A program made the translations under genes and the position numbers. Of a stretch of 64,000 nucleotides of DNA, positions 18,337-30,800 are shown in pieces. Source of the stretch: Oscillospiraceae bacterium (GTDB lineage Bacteria > Bacillota > Clostridia > Oscillospirales > CAG-272); assembly GCA_015064385.1 (NCBI GenBank), contig SVSI01000011.1, positions 1,883-65,882 on the forward strand, in the 5' to 3' direction. A model generated the notes under the pieces. That model had not been told where the DNA came from, made no database searches, and saw only the letters and a list, made by a program, of their open reading frames with translations. Numbering within the stretch: position 1 is the first letter of the stretch; each line of letters starts with the position of its first letter.

Positions 18337-20139
18337 TCAATCAAAAACTACTATCGCATCAATATCTATGTCACAACCCTCTGCGCGTGGATTTTGCTTA
18401 GAGCATACCGATATTCTAACGGTATGTTCGCCACTTTCAAGTAGCGGACTCAGATACTGCATCGTGCATACGGACGTAGATACGCCGGTCACATTTTTGT
18501 TTGGAGTATCCTTGAACAGTGAATAAAAGTCAACCTCATCGATCTCGCGTCCGTCTATCGATATTTTTGCAATTCCGGACGTTCTGTGAGCGTTACCGAT
18601 AAGCATAAACCGTCTTCCCGTGATCTTGATGTCGGCATAACTGCCACTACTTGAAGAGCGGTGGCACGAGTCGTTTATACACCCGTATTGATCGTCAAGA
18701 ACAGACCAATCGCCGCTATATGAGAACTCGCCGTCGTCGATTATACGGTGTTCTGACGATAGGGCAGTATCTCCCGTGCGAAGGATCAGCCGTCTGTATG
18801 CTTTCAGCGGAATTTTTCCGTGATTTTCAACCTCGAATATGACGTGATATTCTTCACCTTTTCCGTACGGCACCTCGATCGAGGGTGTCGGAGTATCGGA
18901 ATCATTTATCGTAAGCGTGCGGTAAGTTCCTGCCTCGGGGTAGCAGTACGCCTTGTACGTGAGAGTGCCTTTGTCGGGATCCGTGCTTCCCAAGAGACTG
19001 GGAGTTATTATTTCTCCCTCATTAACGTCTAAAACAATTGCAGACGTGCTTTGGTCGCCGTTAAGTACCGCTATCGGATTGTGACAGCATTTTTCGTAAT
19101 CGGGATTTAACGCCCAGTCGATACGTGCCGCCATATCGTTTTGGTAATCGTTTTTCCATCGCGATACGGTGGTAAACGTATCCTTATAAGCAGTTTCACC
19201 GTTAGGATAAGTAAAAGTGTCCGTTTCGTCCTTGTACATATAGTACGGGCGTTCCTCGTGTAAATAGGATTTAGTGAAAAATTCTGCGGGTACGTTAGGG
19301 AAAGGAATGCGTGAAAATCTTCCCGCATGTCCGCCCCATTCAAGACGGTATCTGTCGGTAAGACCGTTGTTTATCATTGCCATAAGGGATGGCGAGTCTG
19401 TTTCAAGACCGTATTTCGTGTGAGGATATATCTTCTCAAACGGACCGCGGCGGATATGTCTGTCCGCCCAAGTATTGCTGACACATTCTACCGACCCCAC
19501 GGTGTATCCCCAACGGTGCGGCGTTTCCGAAAATCCCCAAAATGACGTGGTAGATCTGTACCATTTTATTTCGGGGAAGTTTTTACATATAAAGGCGCCG
19601 CAATCGTCTTGACCGTGAATATCGTAAACGTACAGCTTCTCGGATAGAATATGAGCTTTTTCTACGTCTTCCTGCATAAGGTCGTAAAGTGCTTGCGCGA
19701 GTGTTCCGCAGCCGCCCCAGTTAAGTATCCATAAGGGTCTGTCATCATTGCGCTTCAGCGACGATATTATGAGACGGGAGCCGTCACTTGAAAGACCGTT
19801 TCCTACGTTTTGTAAGGACACCTCGCCGCCGGAGCGCTTCATATGCACGAAAGGTGTTCCGCGCTTTACAACCGAATAAAGATATTCGGCAGTAGGGTAT
19901 CCGTCTTTGTGTGAGATAAGACTACTTCGTACCTCACGGTAAACGTCTATTACGTCGAAAATACGGGTCATAAACCCCTCGTCAGACGTATCGGGAGCAC
20001 ACCACGAGGCGTTTGGAATGATGCCTTCGATCTCGTATTCGTTTGAATACAGCATAAGCCGAACGAGAGACTGTGAATCGTCGGGCTCACTTTCCCAGGG
20101 ACCTATGTCCGTAAGAATTATTATCCTTGCTTTTTCCAT
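18337..20139 (-). CDS. DUF1593 (nucleoside hydrolase-like/Sde182-type) protein with C-terminal Ig-like and beta-sandwich domains
   Basis: RIIILTDI..EPDD.QSLVRLMLYSNE.EIEG, WGG..TLAQAL, QDD.G and QNDMAAR.DW...HNP motifs. Confidence 0.75.
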   Translation of the reverse strand: MEKARIIILTDIGPWESEPDDSQSLVRLMLYSNEYEIEGIIPNASWCAPDTSDEGFMTRIFDVIDVYREVRSSLISHKDGYPTAEYLYSVVKRGTPFVHMKRSGGEVSLQNVGNGLSSDGSRLIISSLKRNDDRPLWILNWGGCGTLAQALYDLMQEDVEKAHILSEKLYVYDIHGQDDCGAFICKNFPEIKWYRSTTSFWGFSETPHRWGYTVGSVECVSNTWADRHIRRGPFEKIYPHTKYGLETDSPSLMAMINNGLTDRYRLEWGGHAGRFSRIPFPNVPAEFFTKSYLHEERPYYMYKDETDTFTYPNGETAYKDTFTTVSRWKNDYQNDMAARIDWALNPDYEKCCHNPIAVLNGDQSTSAIVLDVNEGEIITPSLLGSTDPDKGTLTYKAYCYPEAGTYRTLTINDSDTPTPSIEVPYGKGEEYHVIFEVENHGKIPLKAYRRLILRTGDTALSSEHRIIDDGEFSYSGDWSVLDDQYGCINDSCHRSSSSGSYADIKITGRRFMLIGNAHRTSGIAKISIDGREIDEVDFYSLFKDTPNKNVTGVSTSVCTMQYLSPLLESGEHTVRISVCSKQNPRAEGCDIDIDAIVVFD

Positions 20140-20172
20140 AGCGTTACCTTTTATCCGAAAGATTATTGTTGT

Positions 20173-21033
20173 TTATTTGCTCGCAACCTTATTCTCAGCC
20201 GCAACGAGGGTGTTCTGAAGAAGCATAGTTATCGTCATAGGTCCGACTCCGCCGGGAACGGGGGTTATGTAGGATGCTTTTTCGGAAACACTTGCAAAGT
20301 CAACGTCACCCGTGAGCTTGCCGTCTGCACGGCGGTTCATTCCGACGTCGATAACGACTGCGCCGTCCTTGACCATATCGCCCGTTATGAAATCTGCCTT
20401 TCCGATGGCTACAACGAGAATATCGGCGCGGCGTGTTACCTCGGAAAGATCCTTCGTGCGCGAATGACATACCGTTACCGTTCCGTTCGCCTGAAGAAGA
20501 AGCATTGCCATCGGCTTTCCGACGATGTTGCTTCGTCCTACGACCACGCACTCCTTGCCCGAAATATCGATTCCGCTCTCTTTAAGCAGCACCATAACTC
20601 CTGCGGGAGTGCAGGGAAGGAAGCTGTAATTTCCTATCATAATTTTGCCCACGTTCGATTCGTGGAATGCGTCAACGTCCTTTTCGGGCGATATACGGGC
20701 AATGACCTCTTCGCTGTCAAGATGCTTGGGGAGAGGGAGCTGAACGAGAATTCCGTGAACGCTCTCGTCTGCGTTGAGCTTGTCGATAAGAGCGTTCAGC
20801 TCCTCGCGCGTGGTATCCTCGGGAAGCTCGTAAACGTTGGAATTAAATCCTACCTGCTCGCAACCGAGCTTTTTGTTGCGTACGTAAACCTTAGATGCAG
20901 GATCTTCTCCGACGATTATTACCGAAAGTCCGGGAGCAAAGCCGTGTTCTTTCTTAAATTTCTCGGTGTCTGCGGCAATTTTTTCTCTGCAGGCGAGACT
21001 TATCGCCTTGCCGTCAATTATCTTTGCTGACAT
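20173..21033 (-). CDS. folD: Methylenetetrahydrofolate dehydrogenase/cyclohydrolase
   Basis: GILVQLPLP, KDVDAFH, PCTPAG, GRSNIVGKP and TPVPGGVGPMT motifs. Confidence 0.96.
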   Translation of the reverse strand: MSAKIIDGKAISLACREKIAADTEKFKKEHGFAPGLSVIIVGEDPASKVYVRNKKLGCEQVGFNSNVYELPEDTTREELNALIDKLNADESVHGILVQLPLPKHLDSEEVIARISPEKDVDAFHESNVGKIMIGNYSFLPCTPAGVMVLLKESGIDISGKECVVVGRSNIVGKPMAMLLLQANGTVTVCHSRTKDLSEVTRRADILVVAIGKADFITGDMVKDGAVVIDVGMNRRADGKLTGDVDFASVSEKASYITPVPGGVGPMTITMLLQNTLVAAENKVASK

Positions 21034-21045
21034 AGTTTTTCTCCT

Positions 21046-22113
21046 TTACTCGTCCGTTTTTTCGGTATTTTCGGTGGATTCCGCCGGATCTTCAACGCTT
21101 TTCTCGGGATCCTCAACGATCTCGGAAACGGTCTCTTCTTCCACCTTTTCTTCTGCGATAGCGCTCTCCTCGCTTGCGGGAGCAGTATCTTCAGCGGGAC
21201 TCTCACTTATGGGCGTCTCGGCACCTTTAGCCATAAAATCTTCGTATTTTTTGGTACCCTCAACGTAGATACACTCTTTAACGCGACGCTCTTTGCTTAT
21301 TATAAAGCCGTAGATGAGCAGTCCGAGCGCTACGATAAAGAGTACTGCCGCAAGGAGCTGTGATACTCTGAGCTGACCGATGTAAAGACTGTCCTGACGC
21401 AGTCCCTCGATAAAGAATCTTCCGAGACCGTACCACGATACTGCCATAAGGAATATCTGACCGTCAAATTTTCTCTTTTTGAAGAGAAGGGTAAGAATTA
21501 TAAATCCAACGAGATTCCAGAGCGACTCGTAAAGGAAGGTGGGGTGGACCTCGGTTACTAAAAGTCCCGATTCGCTTGAAAGTCTCATACGGCAGAACCA
21601 GGTGGTCTCTGCGCCGTACGCTTCCATATTTACGAAATTACCCCATCTGCCGATGCTTTGCGCGAGAAGGATACCGGGGAAAGCACAGTCGAGCATAGTG
21701 GGTATTCTTATTTTTTTGATCTTAAGCGCGATAATGGCACCGAGTACTCCGAAGATAAGTCCGCCGTAGATGGCAAGTCCGCCCTCCCAGATCGCGATAA
21801 CGTCGTAAAAGGTGCTGTATTTTTCGGGATTTGCTATTCCGTCAAATACGACGTAGTAAAGACGCGCGCCGAGAACTCCGGGGATTATGGAGGAAAGCGC
21901 AATGTCGAGAAGGTCGTCGAAGATCAGTCCGTGACGGCGGGACTGCAGATATGTATAAGCGACTGCGGCGATCATTCCGCAGACGATTATAAGTCCGTAC
22001 CATTTGATCTCAAGGTTGCCCAGTGTGATCGCGGTAGGATCAATGTGGAAATCTCGGTTAAGTCCGAGTCCCGGGAAGCTCATATAGTAGTAGAGAAGAG
22101 AGACGGGATTCAT
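21046..22113 (-). CDS. lgt: Prolipoprotein diacylglyceryl transferase with acidic C-terminal tail
   Basis: WYG, GARLYYV, GGLAIYGG, GRWGNF.N.E.YG, HPTFLYE and RFFIE.LR motifs. Confidence 0.95.
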   Translation of the reverse strand: MNPVSLLYYYMSFPGLGLNRDFHIDPTAITLGNLEIKWYGLIIVCGMIAAVAYTYLQSRRHGLIFDDLLDIALSSIIPGVLGARLYYVVFDGIANPEKYSTFYDVIAIWEGGLAIYGGLIFGVLGAIIALKIKKIRIPTMLDCAFPGILLAQSIGRWGNFVNMEAYGAETTWFCRMRLSSESGLLVTEVHPTFLYESLWNLVGFIILTLLFKKRKFDGQIFLMAVSWYGLGRFFIEGLRQDSLYIGQLRVSQLLAAVLFIVALGLLIYGFIISKERRVKECIYVEGTKKYEDFMAKGAETPISESPAEDTAPASEESAIAEEKVEEETVSEIVEDPEKSVEDPAESTENTEKTDE

Positions 22114-22153
22114 TTTTTCGCCTTATCCGACTGTGTCGGATCCTTTCTTTAAT

Positions 22154-23461
22154 TTACTTATTTTCATCTTGCGGATAAATGGTCGCAAGAGTATAGAAGT
22201 TTTCGTTAAAAAGCTCGTGCAGAGCGGAATTTACACCATCGGCAGTTATATTTTCAAAGGTATCGATGTAATCAAATACGTCGTAGCCCTCCATAATGAA
22301 CGGCAGAAATTCGTTTGCGATATTTGCGCTTGAATCGAATATCGAAATAAACTCTCCGTAAAGGGCGCGTGCAACCCGTTTAAGATCGTCTTCGCTGATT
22401 CCGGCTGACTTTACACTCTCGATGTGTGCCTTGAAACGCTCAAATACTTCCTCGGGATCGTCAGACTCGCCGCCTATCTCGAAAAACGAGAAGGCGTCGT
22501 TGTGATCAACGTAGAAGGATATGGGATTACGCGTTAGCCCCTGCTCGTAGAGAGACACCGAAAGAGGAGAGCATTCTCCGAAGAGAACGCCTGCAAGTAT
22601 TTCCATCGTGACGCGCTTTTTAAGCCGCTCGGCGGGATCCTTTGGAATGTTTACATCCTTTACACCGATAGCAAATATCGGCTTTGAGAGACGCATTTTT
22701 CTGCTGAAACGCGACGAGGCGACCTCGGGCTTTTCGCTTGGGTAGGAGCGCACGCTTTCTATCTTTATCGGCTTTTCCTCTTTGAGAACTCTGTCGCAAA
22801 CGTCTATCACGTCCGAAATATCAATATTTCCGCATACGCAAAGGGACATATTCGAAAGACGGTAAAAGGTGTCGTAGCATTTGTATAGAAGCTCGGGGGT
22901 TATTTTGGATATAGATTCGACCGTTCCCGCAATGGGTACGCGCACGGCGTTTTCGCTGTACATTGACGAGATAAGTCCCTGAAAAAGAGCATCGTGGACG
23001 TTATCCTCGTACATTTTTATCTCCTGAGCGATAATGCCTTGCTCTTTAGCTACGTTTTCCTTGGTGAAATATGGCGATTTTATACCGTCAAGCAGTATTT
23101 CAAGTGACTTTTTGAAATTTTCTGTACACGAGAAAAGATACATCGTGTGCGTGTAGGAGGTGTATGCGTTTGCACTTGCGCCCGTTAAGGCGAATTTTTC
23201 AAAAAGGTCGCTGCCGTCCTCGCATTCGAACATCTTGTGCTCAAGAAAATGAGCAATTCCGTCGGGGACCTTTTCAAGTTCGCTTTTTCCGTCGGGTATA
23301 AAGCAGTTGTCTATCGAGCCGTAGGACGTTCCGAAAAGGGCGTACGAGGTCGTGAGGTCTTTCGGAAAAAGATAAACGTCAAGTCCGCTGATATGTCTGA
23401 AATAGTAATATTTTTCGCCGAGGACCTTGTTTTCTTTTGTTATAACGGTAGGATTACTCAT
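22154..23461 (-). CDS. ymfH: M16 family Zn peptidase (YmfH-like)
   Basis: PDGIAHFLEHKMFE (HxxEH), ANAYTS and KEQGIIAQEI.MY.D motifs. Confidence 0.85.
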   Translation of the reverse strand: MSNPTVITKENKVLGEKYYYFRHISGLDVYLFPKDLTTSYALFGTSYGSIDNCFIPDGKSELEKVPDGIAHFLEHKMFECEDGSDLFEKFALTGASANAYTSYTHTMYLFSCTENFKKSLEILLDGIKSPYFTKENVAKEQGIIAQEIKMYEDNVHDALFQGLISSMYSENAVRVPIAGTVESISKITPELLYKCYDTFYRLSNMSLCVCGNIDISDVIDVCDRVLKEEKPIKIESVRSYPSEKPEVASSRFSRKMRLSKPIFAIGVKDVNIPKDPAERLKKRVTMEILAGVLFGECSPLSVSLYEQGLTRNPISFYVDHNDAFSFFEIGGESDDPEEVFERFKAHIESVKSAGISEDDLKRVARALYGEFISIFDSSANIANEFLPFIMEGYDVFDYIDTFENITADGVNSALHELFNENFYTLATIYPQDENK

Positions 23462-24771
23462 TGAATATCCTCCTCATCTTCGGTGCTTCCCGCACTCTTA
23501 AGCGTGCCTTTAAGAAAATATACCGTGTCGGGCGAGATCTTCTTGGCGGCATCGACTATTTCCTCTTTGGTAACGAGAGCGATCTTTTCGGCGACTTCGG
23601 ACGGAGAATCCGACCTGTTTGCAAACGATCTCGTAAGATACCAGAAAACCAGTCCGGAATGACTGTCGGTCAGCTCCCTGTAAGAATTGATAAGCGATTT
23701 TTTTGCGCTTTCAAGCTCAAAATCGGTAATATCTCCCGATTTTAAGGCATTTATCTGCTCAAAAATCGCGTCACGCGTTTTCTCAAAATCGTCCACCTCA
23801 ATACCGCTTGACACAGTCAAGGTACCCTTGAGCGCATTCGGACGGGAGGAGCAGTAGTAGCAAAGCCCAAGCTTTTCTCTGACGTTCATAAAGAGCTTGC
23901 TCGTGGGAGATGCCCCGAGCAGAGCGTTAGTCAGTGCGAAGACGTGATAATCTTCGTCTGACAGGGCAAAGCCGCTTCTAAAACCGATAGTCAGCTTGCC
24001 CTGTGAGACTTTTTCTTCTTCAATAACGGTCTTTATATCGCCGTCTGCACGTCTTTTTACCTCGGTGGGGACTGCAGTTGCGATTTTTGAGTTAAAGTCG
24101 GAAAATACCGTCTTTAGTTTGTCAGCAAGGACGCCTATATCCTCGCTTCCGGCATAGCATATATTTATCTGCGCGCAGTTTTTAAGTGAAAGATAGTAAG
24201 CGTAAAGCTCCTCGCCGCTCACCTGCGAAACGCTTTCAAGAGTTCCGCTCGTTGAGACTGCAAAGCGCTCACCCTCGCACATTATCTCCTCACATCGGCG
24301 GAGTGCGTACGCCGCGGGATTGTTTATTCTCGAGAGTATTCTTCCGCACAGTTTTTCTTTTTCGCTCTCAAGCACGCTCTTGTCAAAAGAATTTCCTTCC
24401 GTCAGCGGATTTAATATCATTTCGGAGATAAGATCTATTATTTCCGAGAGGACGTCCGTTTTGTCAAAGGTAAAGCGGTTTTCGGTAAAGGATGCGTACA
24501 GACCGAAAAGATGGTTTTCACCCATTGAAATATTCATCGGCTCAACGGACGCTCCGTAGAGCGACTGAAGGTGAACTCCGAGAGAGAGCATCGTGGGATA
24601 TTTTTTGCACGATCTCGTGAGGATCTCGGGAATAAGCGCGTTCATTGCCGCTTCTTTTTCGCATAAGGGACGAGTAAAGCAGACCGAAAGATATGCAGTC
24701 TTGAATTTACTGCTCGGCACAGCGGTAAGCTTTACCGACGGATATATTTGAATTTTTTTAACGCCGTTCAA
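23458..24771 (-). CDS. ymfF: M16 family inactive subunit (YmfF-like)
   Basis: KFKT, QGKL and SKLFMNVREKLGLCYY motifs; lacks HxxEH; overlaps the ymfH start. Confidence 0.8.
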   Translation of the reverse strand: MNGVKKIQIYPSVKLTAVPSSKFKTAYLSVCFTRPLCEKEAAMNALIPEILTRSCKKYPTMLSLGVHLQSLYGASVEPMNISMGENHLFGLYASFTENRFTFDKTDVLSEIIDLISEMILNPLTEGNSFDKSVLESEKEKLCGRILSRINNPAAYALRRCEEIMCEGERFAVSTSGTLESVSQVSGEELYAYYLSLKNCAQINICYAGSEDIGVLADKLKTVFSDFNSKIATAVPTEVKRRADGDIKTVIEEEKVSQGKLTIGFRSGFALSDEDYHVFALTNALLGASPTSKLFMNVREKLGLCYYCSSRPNALKGTLTVSSGIEVDDFEKTRDAIFEQINALKSGDITDFELESAKKSLINSYRELTDSHSGLVFWYLTRSFANRSDSPSEVAEKIALVTKEEIVDAAKKISPDTVYFLKGTLKSAGSTEDEEDIQ

Positions 24772-24836
24772 GTCAGCACCGCCTTAAGATACAAATTTAG
24801 AATAATTATATCATATAATGACCGAGTTTTCAACCG

Positions 24837-27800
24837 TTATTTTGAAATATTTGGACCGTTAAAGAAAATTTTACCGTTTTCATTTCCGGGCGAGTCGGTC
24901 AGCTTTACGCTCTTTGTCTGACCTTTATCGGAGAAGGTGACCTCTACCTTATCGAATTTATCCGAAAATTTAGGTGTTATCAGAAAACCACCTTCACCGT
25001 CTCGCGATATACCGATAAGACCGCCGAGCACCGCCTGGACGAACCATGATGCCGAGCCGGTATATAAGCTCCAGCCGCCGCGACCCGTATGCTCGGGATT
25101 TGAATATACGTCTCCGCACAGAGCGTACGGCTCTGTCTTGTAGCGCACAGCTCGCTTTTCGTCGGACGAAATGTTTATGGGGTTTATATCGCATAGCATT
25201 CCGAACGCCTTTTCGTTATCTCCCAGAGCTAAAAGTCCGAGTATCGCCCAGAATACCGCGTGAGTGTATTGACCTCCGTTTTCGCGAAGTCCCTCGCAGT
25301 AGCCGACGATATAGCCGGGATCGTCGTATTTTCCGGAAAACGCAGGTGAAAATAGCTTGACGATTTTGTTATTTCTGTCCCATAGCATATCACACGCACT
25401 CTCCATAGCGAGCTTTGCGCGTGAGCGGTCTTTTCCGTATATCGCGGCAAACGCCTGAGGCAATAGATCTATCTCGCATTCCTTGTCTCCCGCTTTTCCC
25501 ATCGGCTTTCCGTCGTCGTAAAAGGCACGCATATATCTGTCGCCGTCAAACGCCGCGTTTTCTACCGCGTCCGATAGCTCCGCGGCTATCTTTTCGTACT
25601 TTTTTGCTCCCTCGGTATCTCCGCGGCTTTTACAGATCGGCACGAACTTTATAAGAAGCGCTCTCATAAACTGCGATAACCATACCGATTCGCCGCGTCC
25701 TTTTGCCCCGACACGGTCATATCCGTCATTCCAGTCACAGCTTCCCATAAGGATGAGAGAATTCGGTCCTCGTCGCAAAGCGCGCTCAATTGCTCTTATA
25801 CAGTGATTATAGACGCTTTCTCTGTATTTTGAGCGAAAAGGACGCTCGTAGCGCGTATTTTCGCTCTCATCAAGCTCGCGCGATTCGATATAGCGTACAC
25901 GCAGATCAAGTATCGAGCTGTCGCCCGTATAGTCGATATAACGCGCAACGGTGTAGGGAAGCCACAGAAGATCGTCCGAGCATTTAGATCGAAGTCCCGC
26001 GTGCCAGAGCCCCGCGTTGTCCGAGCTTTGCGAGTTGTGCCACCAGTGCTGAACGTCACCCTCGGTGTATTGATGCGCGGCGGCACGAAGTATCTGATAT
26101 TTGCAGAATTTCCCATCGTAGTAGAGCGTTGCAAGGGAGTCCTGAAGCTGATCTCTGAAGCCGTACGCACCGCTTGACTGGTAAAATCCCGTACGTCCGA
26201 AAAGACGGGCGCTGAATACCTGATACGGAATATAATAATTAGTCGCAAGATCAAGCGCACGGTCACCGCTCTCTATTTGGATCTTCGAGAACAGATCACG
26301 GTAAAACTGCGAATATTTTTCAAATGCGTGTAAAATATCGTCACAGCTTTGAAATACCTTTTGTATATGATAATAAGCGCGGTCGGAAAAGCTCGGGAAT
26401 ATGCCGAAAATAAATCCGTATTCAAGAGAGCTTCCGTTTTTTCTCTTGTCAAGCGAGGTCAGAAAAACTGTGTGCTCGGAAAGGTGGGAATCGTACCTGC
26501 GTCTGAAAAACTCGGTTCTTGCATCCTGCTTTTTGAGTATAAGATTCACTTGGCAGATATTTTCACCTATTACGGGATCTACGCTGTAAACTATTTTGTC
26601 AAGCATTGAGAGATCGCCCTCGGCACGCGCGTATATCAGCTTGACCTGAAGCTTTTCGTCAACACCTACACAGCTTTTTACCGTGCAGCCGTTTATCTCG
26701 GTTTTGTAAATAGCACATCCCTTTGTAAACTCGCAGGAATATGACGATGCGATAAGATCGTATTTCTCTCCGCTCTTGCTCACAAATATTAGCCGCTCGC
26801 CGCAAATATCCCGCCTGTACGACGAAAACGCGGGAGTAAGACGCTTTTCCTTTGAGTTTGCAAACCAGGTGTATCCGAGCGAATTTTGCGTTAAGACGGT
26901 ACCGAAAGTGCGGTTTGCGTATATATACGACCAAACCAGATCAGCGCGGCTTTTATTTATCAAAAATCCGTCCTCGGTAAAGGTGCCTCCATACACGTCA
27001 AAGCCATCCTTTTTGTCAAAACGCGCAGAGCGAGATATCTTTATATCGTCGGCAACTCTGAGTGAACGCTTCATAAACGAGTGGAATATTTCTTCTATCG
27101 ACGAATCGTTTTCAAGCGGAATATAAAGAGCGCTCACCGACGAAAAGATCTCGCGTGAATTTTCTCCTACGGTAAATATCCCGCCGTGACGGCAGAAATA
27201 TTCACTCGCTCCGCATTCGGATATGATCGCGGAGAGTCGGTTTCGGTTGTGGCTGTTATAAGCGTCCTTTTCGGATACGATAAATACGAGATCGCTTTTC
27301 TTGCCGCGCAGACGGAGGAGTCTGTGAAGTCGTATCATAACGTCACAGATCTTCTTGCAGGACGGCGAAAGCTCGCTCGGCAGATCGAGAGCAACTATCG
27401 GCAAATCTCCCGATATTCCGTACGACCATAGTGAATTTTTAGAAAAGGTCTTATCAGTGGGAGGTGTGCCGTTAGGTCTGAAACAGAGCGCAGCAAGATA
27501 GAAATCGGCGTATTTCAGATAGCTCTGCGGAACGTTTACGAGATTAAGCCGATTTTGTGAGAGCTTGTACATACTGCCCGCAAAAAAGCTGCTGATATCA
27601 TGTCCCGAGTTTTTCCGTACGAAAAGCACCTTTTTCACAATATCCTCGTGCGTTGCGCCGTAGGTGATAAGAAATTCGCACGAAAACTTGCCGCGGCAAG
27701 GAGTTTCACGCCCTTTCAAAATACAGAAGGGCGATATGCACGCTCCCTCGCGTGAAGGCAGGTCCTTAAAGAGAAGGTCGCACAGATCGTCTTTTGAATA

Positions 27801-30800
27801 GTTGAGAGGTAAAATATCGCTTCTCGTGTCAAACTCTACGCCGTACGGCGAGTTTTCAAGGGATACCGATATCCACCTTTCCTCCGTGCCGTCTTTTGAT
27901 CGACACCTGAAGCAGAGAAGCGAGTTTTCACGGTCGTAAAAGGACTCGACGGACAGTCCGTTATAAAAGGGATGTGACTCTCTGTCCATTGCGCTTGAAA
28001 GGACCGTCTCAAAAGCTATCATAGGGGTAAATTTGTTGAATTTTCCCGATGCATCCAGCTTTATGCAGTAGGCACTCTCGCTTGCGCACAGGGTAAAGGT
28101 TGCGGAGCAGGAGAGCTTTTCGCCGCTCTCCTGAAGCTGTGAGCGCAGAAGTATCTTCGATCCCGAGTAGTTCATAGTATCGGGTGTAAACGAGTGCTTG
28201 TTTGCGTCGGTTGCAAAAAATATCTGAAGTCCGTTTTCGGTAGAGTACATATCTCGCGTATCGAACGGATCGCGAGTTATAAGGATATTTCGGTGTGTGA
28301 GCATAACGTGTCCCGCATCCGAGACGGTTATAGAAGCATCGTTTGACGCGAGTGTACAAACGGACGGGATCTGTCCGCTTCTGAGACTGGATTTCAGCGT
28401 TTTGTCGGTAGATGGGTATCTTATCGGAGGCGCTTCCGCACTACGCACGGCTGAGTTTTTTGATATTCCCGCCTCGGTGGGTACGCTTTCGCACAAAAGC
28501 TCGCTTATTGACGACATTTCTGCATCACTCATGAAGCGTTTTACGAATATATTGTCAAAACAAAAGTTAGTGGCGGCAATAACGCTCATTCCTACGTGAT
28601 GCGCCATATAGCATTTCACCGTCTCGGGCTCCGTGCCGACTCTGAGGCGTGTAAAATCGACCGACTCATAAAAGCCGTGCTTTCCGTAAGCACCGAAGCT
28701 ACGGAGCTTTTCAAGATTTTTTATAGCTTTTCTTTTTGCAGTTGAAAGACACAAAAATGAGGAATACGGTGAGATCACCTTTTCCTTTCCGATTATCGGA
28801 TCAAGCGCGAGACGGGATACCCCGTTTGCCTTGTACTGATAGTTCATAGCGTTGTCAAAGGTGTAGTATGCGCTTTCCGAAACGCCCCAAAATCCCTTTA
28901 CCTTGTCCTCGATCTGCGCGTTCGTGGCGAATATAAGCGCCTCGCCCATAAGAGAAGAATCGTATAAGGGAAGAAAGAGATGCGGCATAAAGTATTCAAA
29001 CATACTGCCCGACCAGGATGCCACTCCGATATAGCCCTTGTGACCGATTATCGGTCTGCCCATTTTTCGCCAGTTTTTAACGTCTATCTGATCCTTTGCG
29101 ATCGCATAGTAGCAGGTAGAACGGATCTCGCTCATAAGCAGATCGTAGCAGTTCTCCTCGGAAACCTCGTCCGCGGCATCCATACCGATATAGAAAAGAT
29201 CTCTTTTTTGAGAATACAGAAAGGAAAAATCGGTCGCGTCAAGTATCTTTTTTATTCTTTCTCTGACACCGATAAGACGCTCCTCCTGTTGTCGGTAATC
29301 GGAAAGTCCCTGATAGAGAGCAGTCAGTGCGACCGCAAAATTTCCGCTGTCAACGGTGGAAACGTAGGGCGAGCCGAGAACGGTCAGCTTTTTAGTGTCG
29401 TACCAGTTGTAAAGATGTCCGTGCTTTTTGGGAAGCGACTCTATGGTACTTAAGGTGTTTTCAAGGCGGTAAGCGAGTGTGTGCGGATCTATAAATCCGC
29501 AGTCGCACGCGGCAAGACAGGATACCATATACATTCCGATATTTGTCGGAGAGGTACGGTGAGCAATAGTCAGCGTCGGGAATTCCTGCACGTTGTCGGG
29601 CGGGAGAAAGTTCTCCTTTTCGTTGACGTAGGTGGCAAAAAAGCTCCACGAGTCAAAGAGGTAGCGCAGAAGCACCGCCTTGTCTGACGAGCTCGGCTTT
29701 GGCGATCTCGGAACGTAAAACGAGAGGGCGAGCAGTATCGCCGGCATAAATATCCAAAGAATTGCACCGCATTTCAAAACGGGACTTTCGGCAAAGACGA
29801 GAATAAGCGCGCCTAAAATATAGGAAATAAGTCCCCACGATATCTGGGGAAGCACGCCCGACTTTTTCTCTGAAAAAGAAACCGACCATTCAAGCGTCTT
29901 TTTGCCGCTTATACGCGACCTGAAAAAGCCCTTGATAAGCGCGTCGGCAGAAACACTTGCATAGCAAAATACCGAAGCTACGCCAAAAAAGAAGTCCCAG
30001 AGCGCACTTGAGATCGCAGGTCGGACGTGAGAAAAGAAACGCCGTCCCACGCCCCTTACAGAACGTAAGATGCCGTGAATGGGTGCTACCAAGGTATAGG
30101 AAAGAGCAGCAACTGCTATAAGAGTCTGCGGCGAGGTGCCGAGCGCGGCAGCGACCAAAGCGATACATGCGCAAACCGGAACGAGCGCACGGCGTACGTT
30201 ATCGAAAATAAAGAATTTTGAAAGGGAAGAGATAGGATTTTTTACCGTCTTACGCTCTTTGTTCAGAACGTATTTTGAAGCGTACAAGGTCGATTGAATA
30301 TCACCGCGTATCCATCTGTGGAGACGCTTCCAGAAGGCGGACGGTGTAGTTGGGTGAGCGTCGGTCAATACGACGTCGGAAAGAACTCCGCACCTGAGAC
30401 GCGTACCCTCCAAAAGATCGTGACTCAGTATCACCCCGTCGCAAAACGCATCGGGAATTAAAGAAAAATAGACGTCAACGTCGAAAATACCTTTCCCGCA
30501 GAAAATTCCTTCGTCAAAAAGTGACTGATAAAAATCGAAGGACGCCGACTGATAGGGATCCACTCCTCCGCGCGAGGAAAATGAGGAAAAATAGCTTTTG
30601 CTGAAAGAGGCAAGAGACGTAGCCGTTCTCGGCTGCATTATTGCATATCCCGAGGTAACCACGCCGTTTTTTATCTTCGGTCGGTTGCGAGGGTGAAGCA
30701 TAGCCGATACCATATCCCGAACGGCACCCTTGTACAGACGCGTGTCTCTGTCCAGAGTTATTACGTATTTTACGTCGGATATCAGCTCTTTGTTGCCGAG

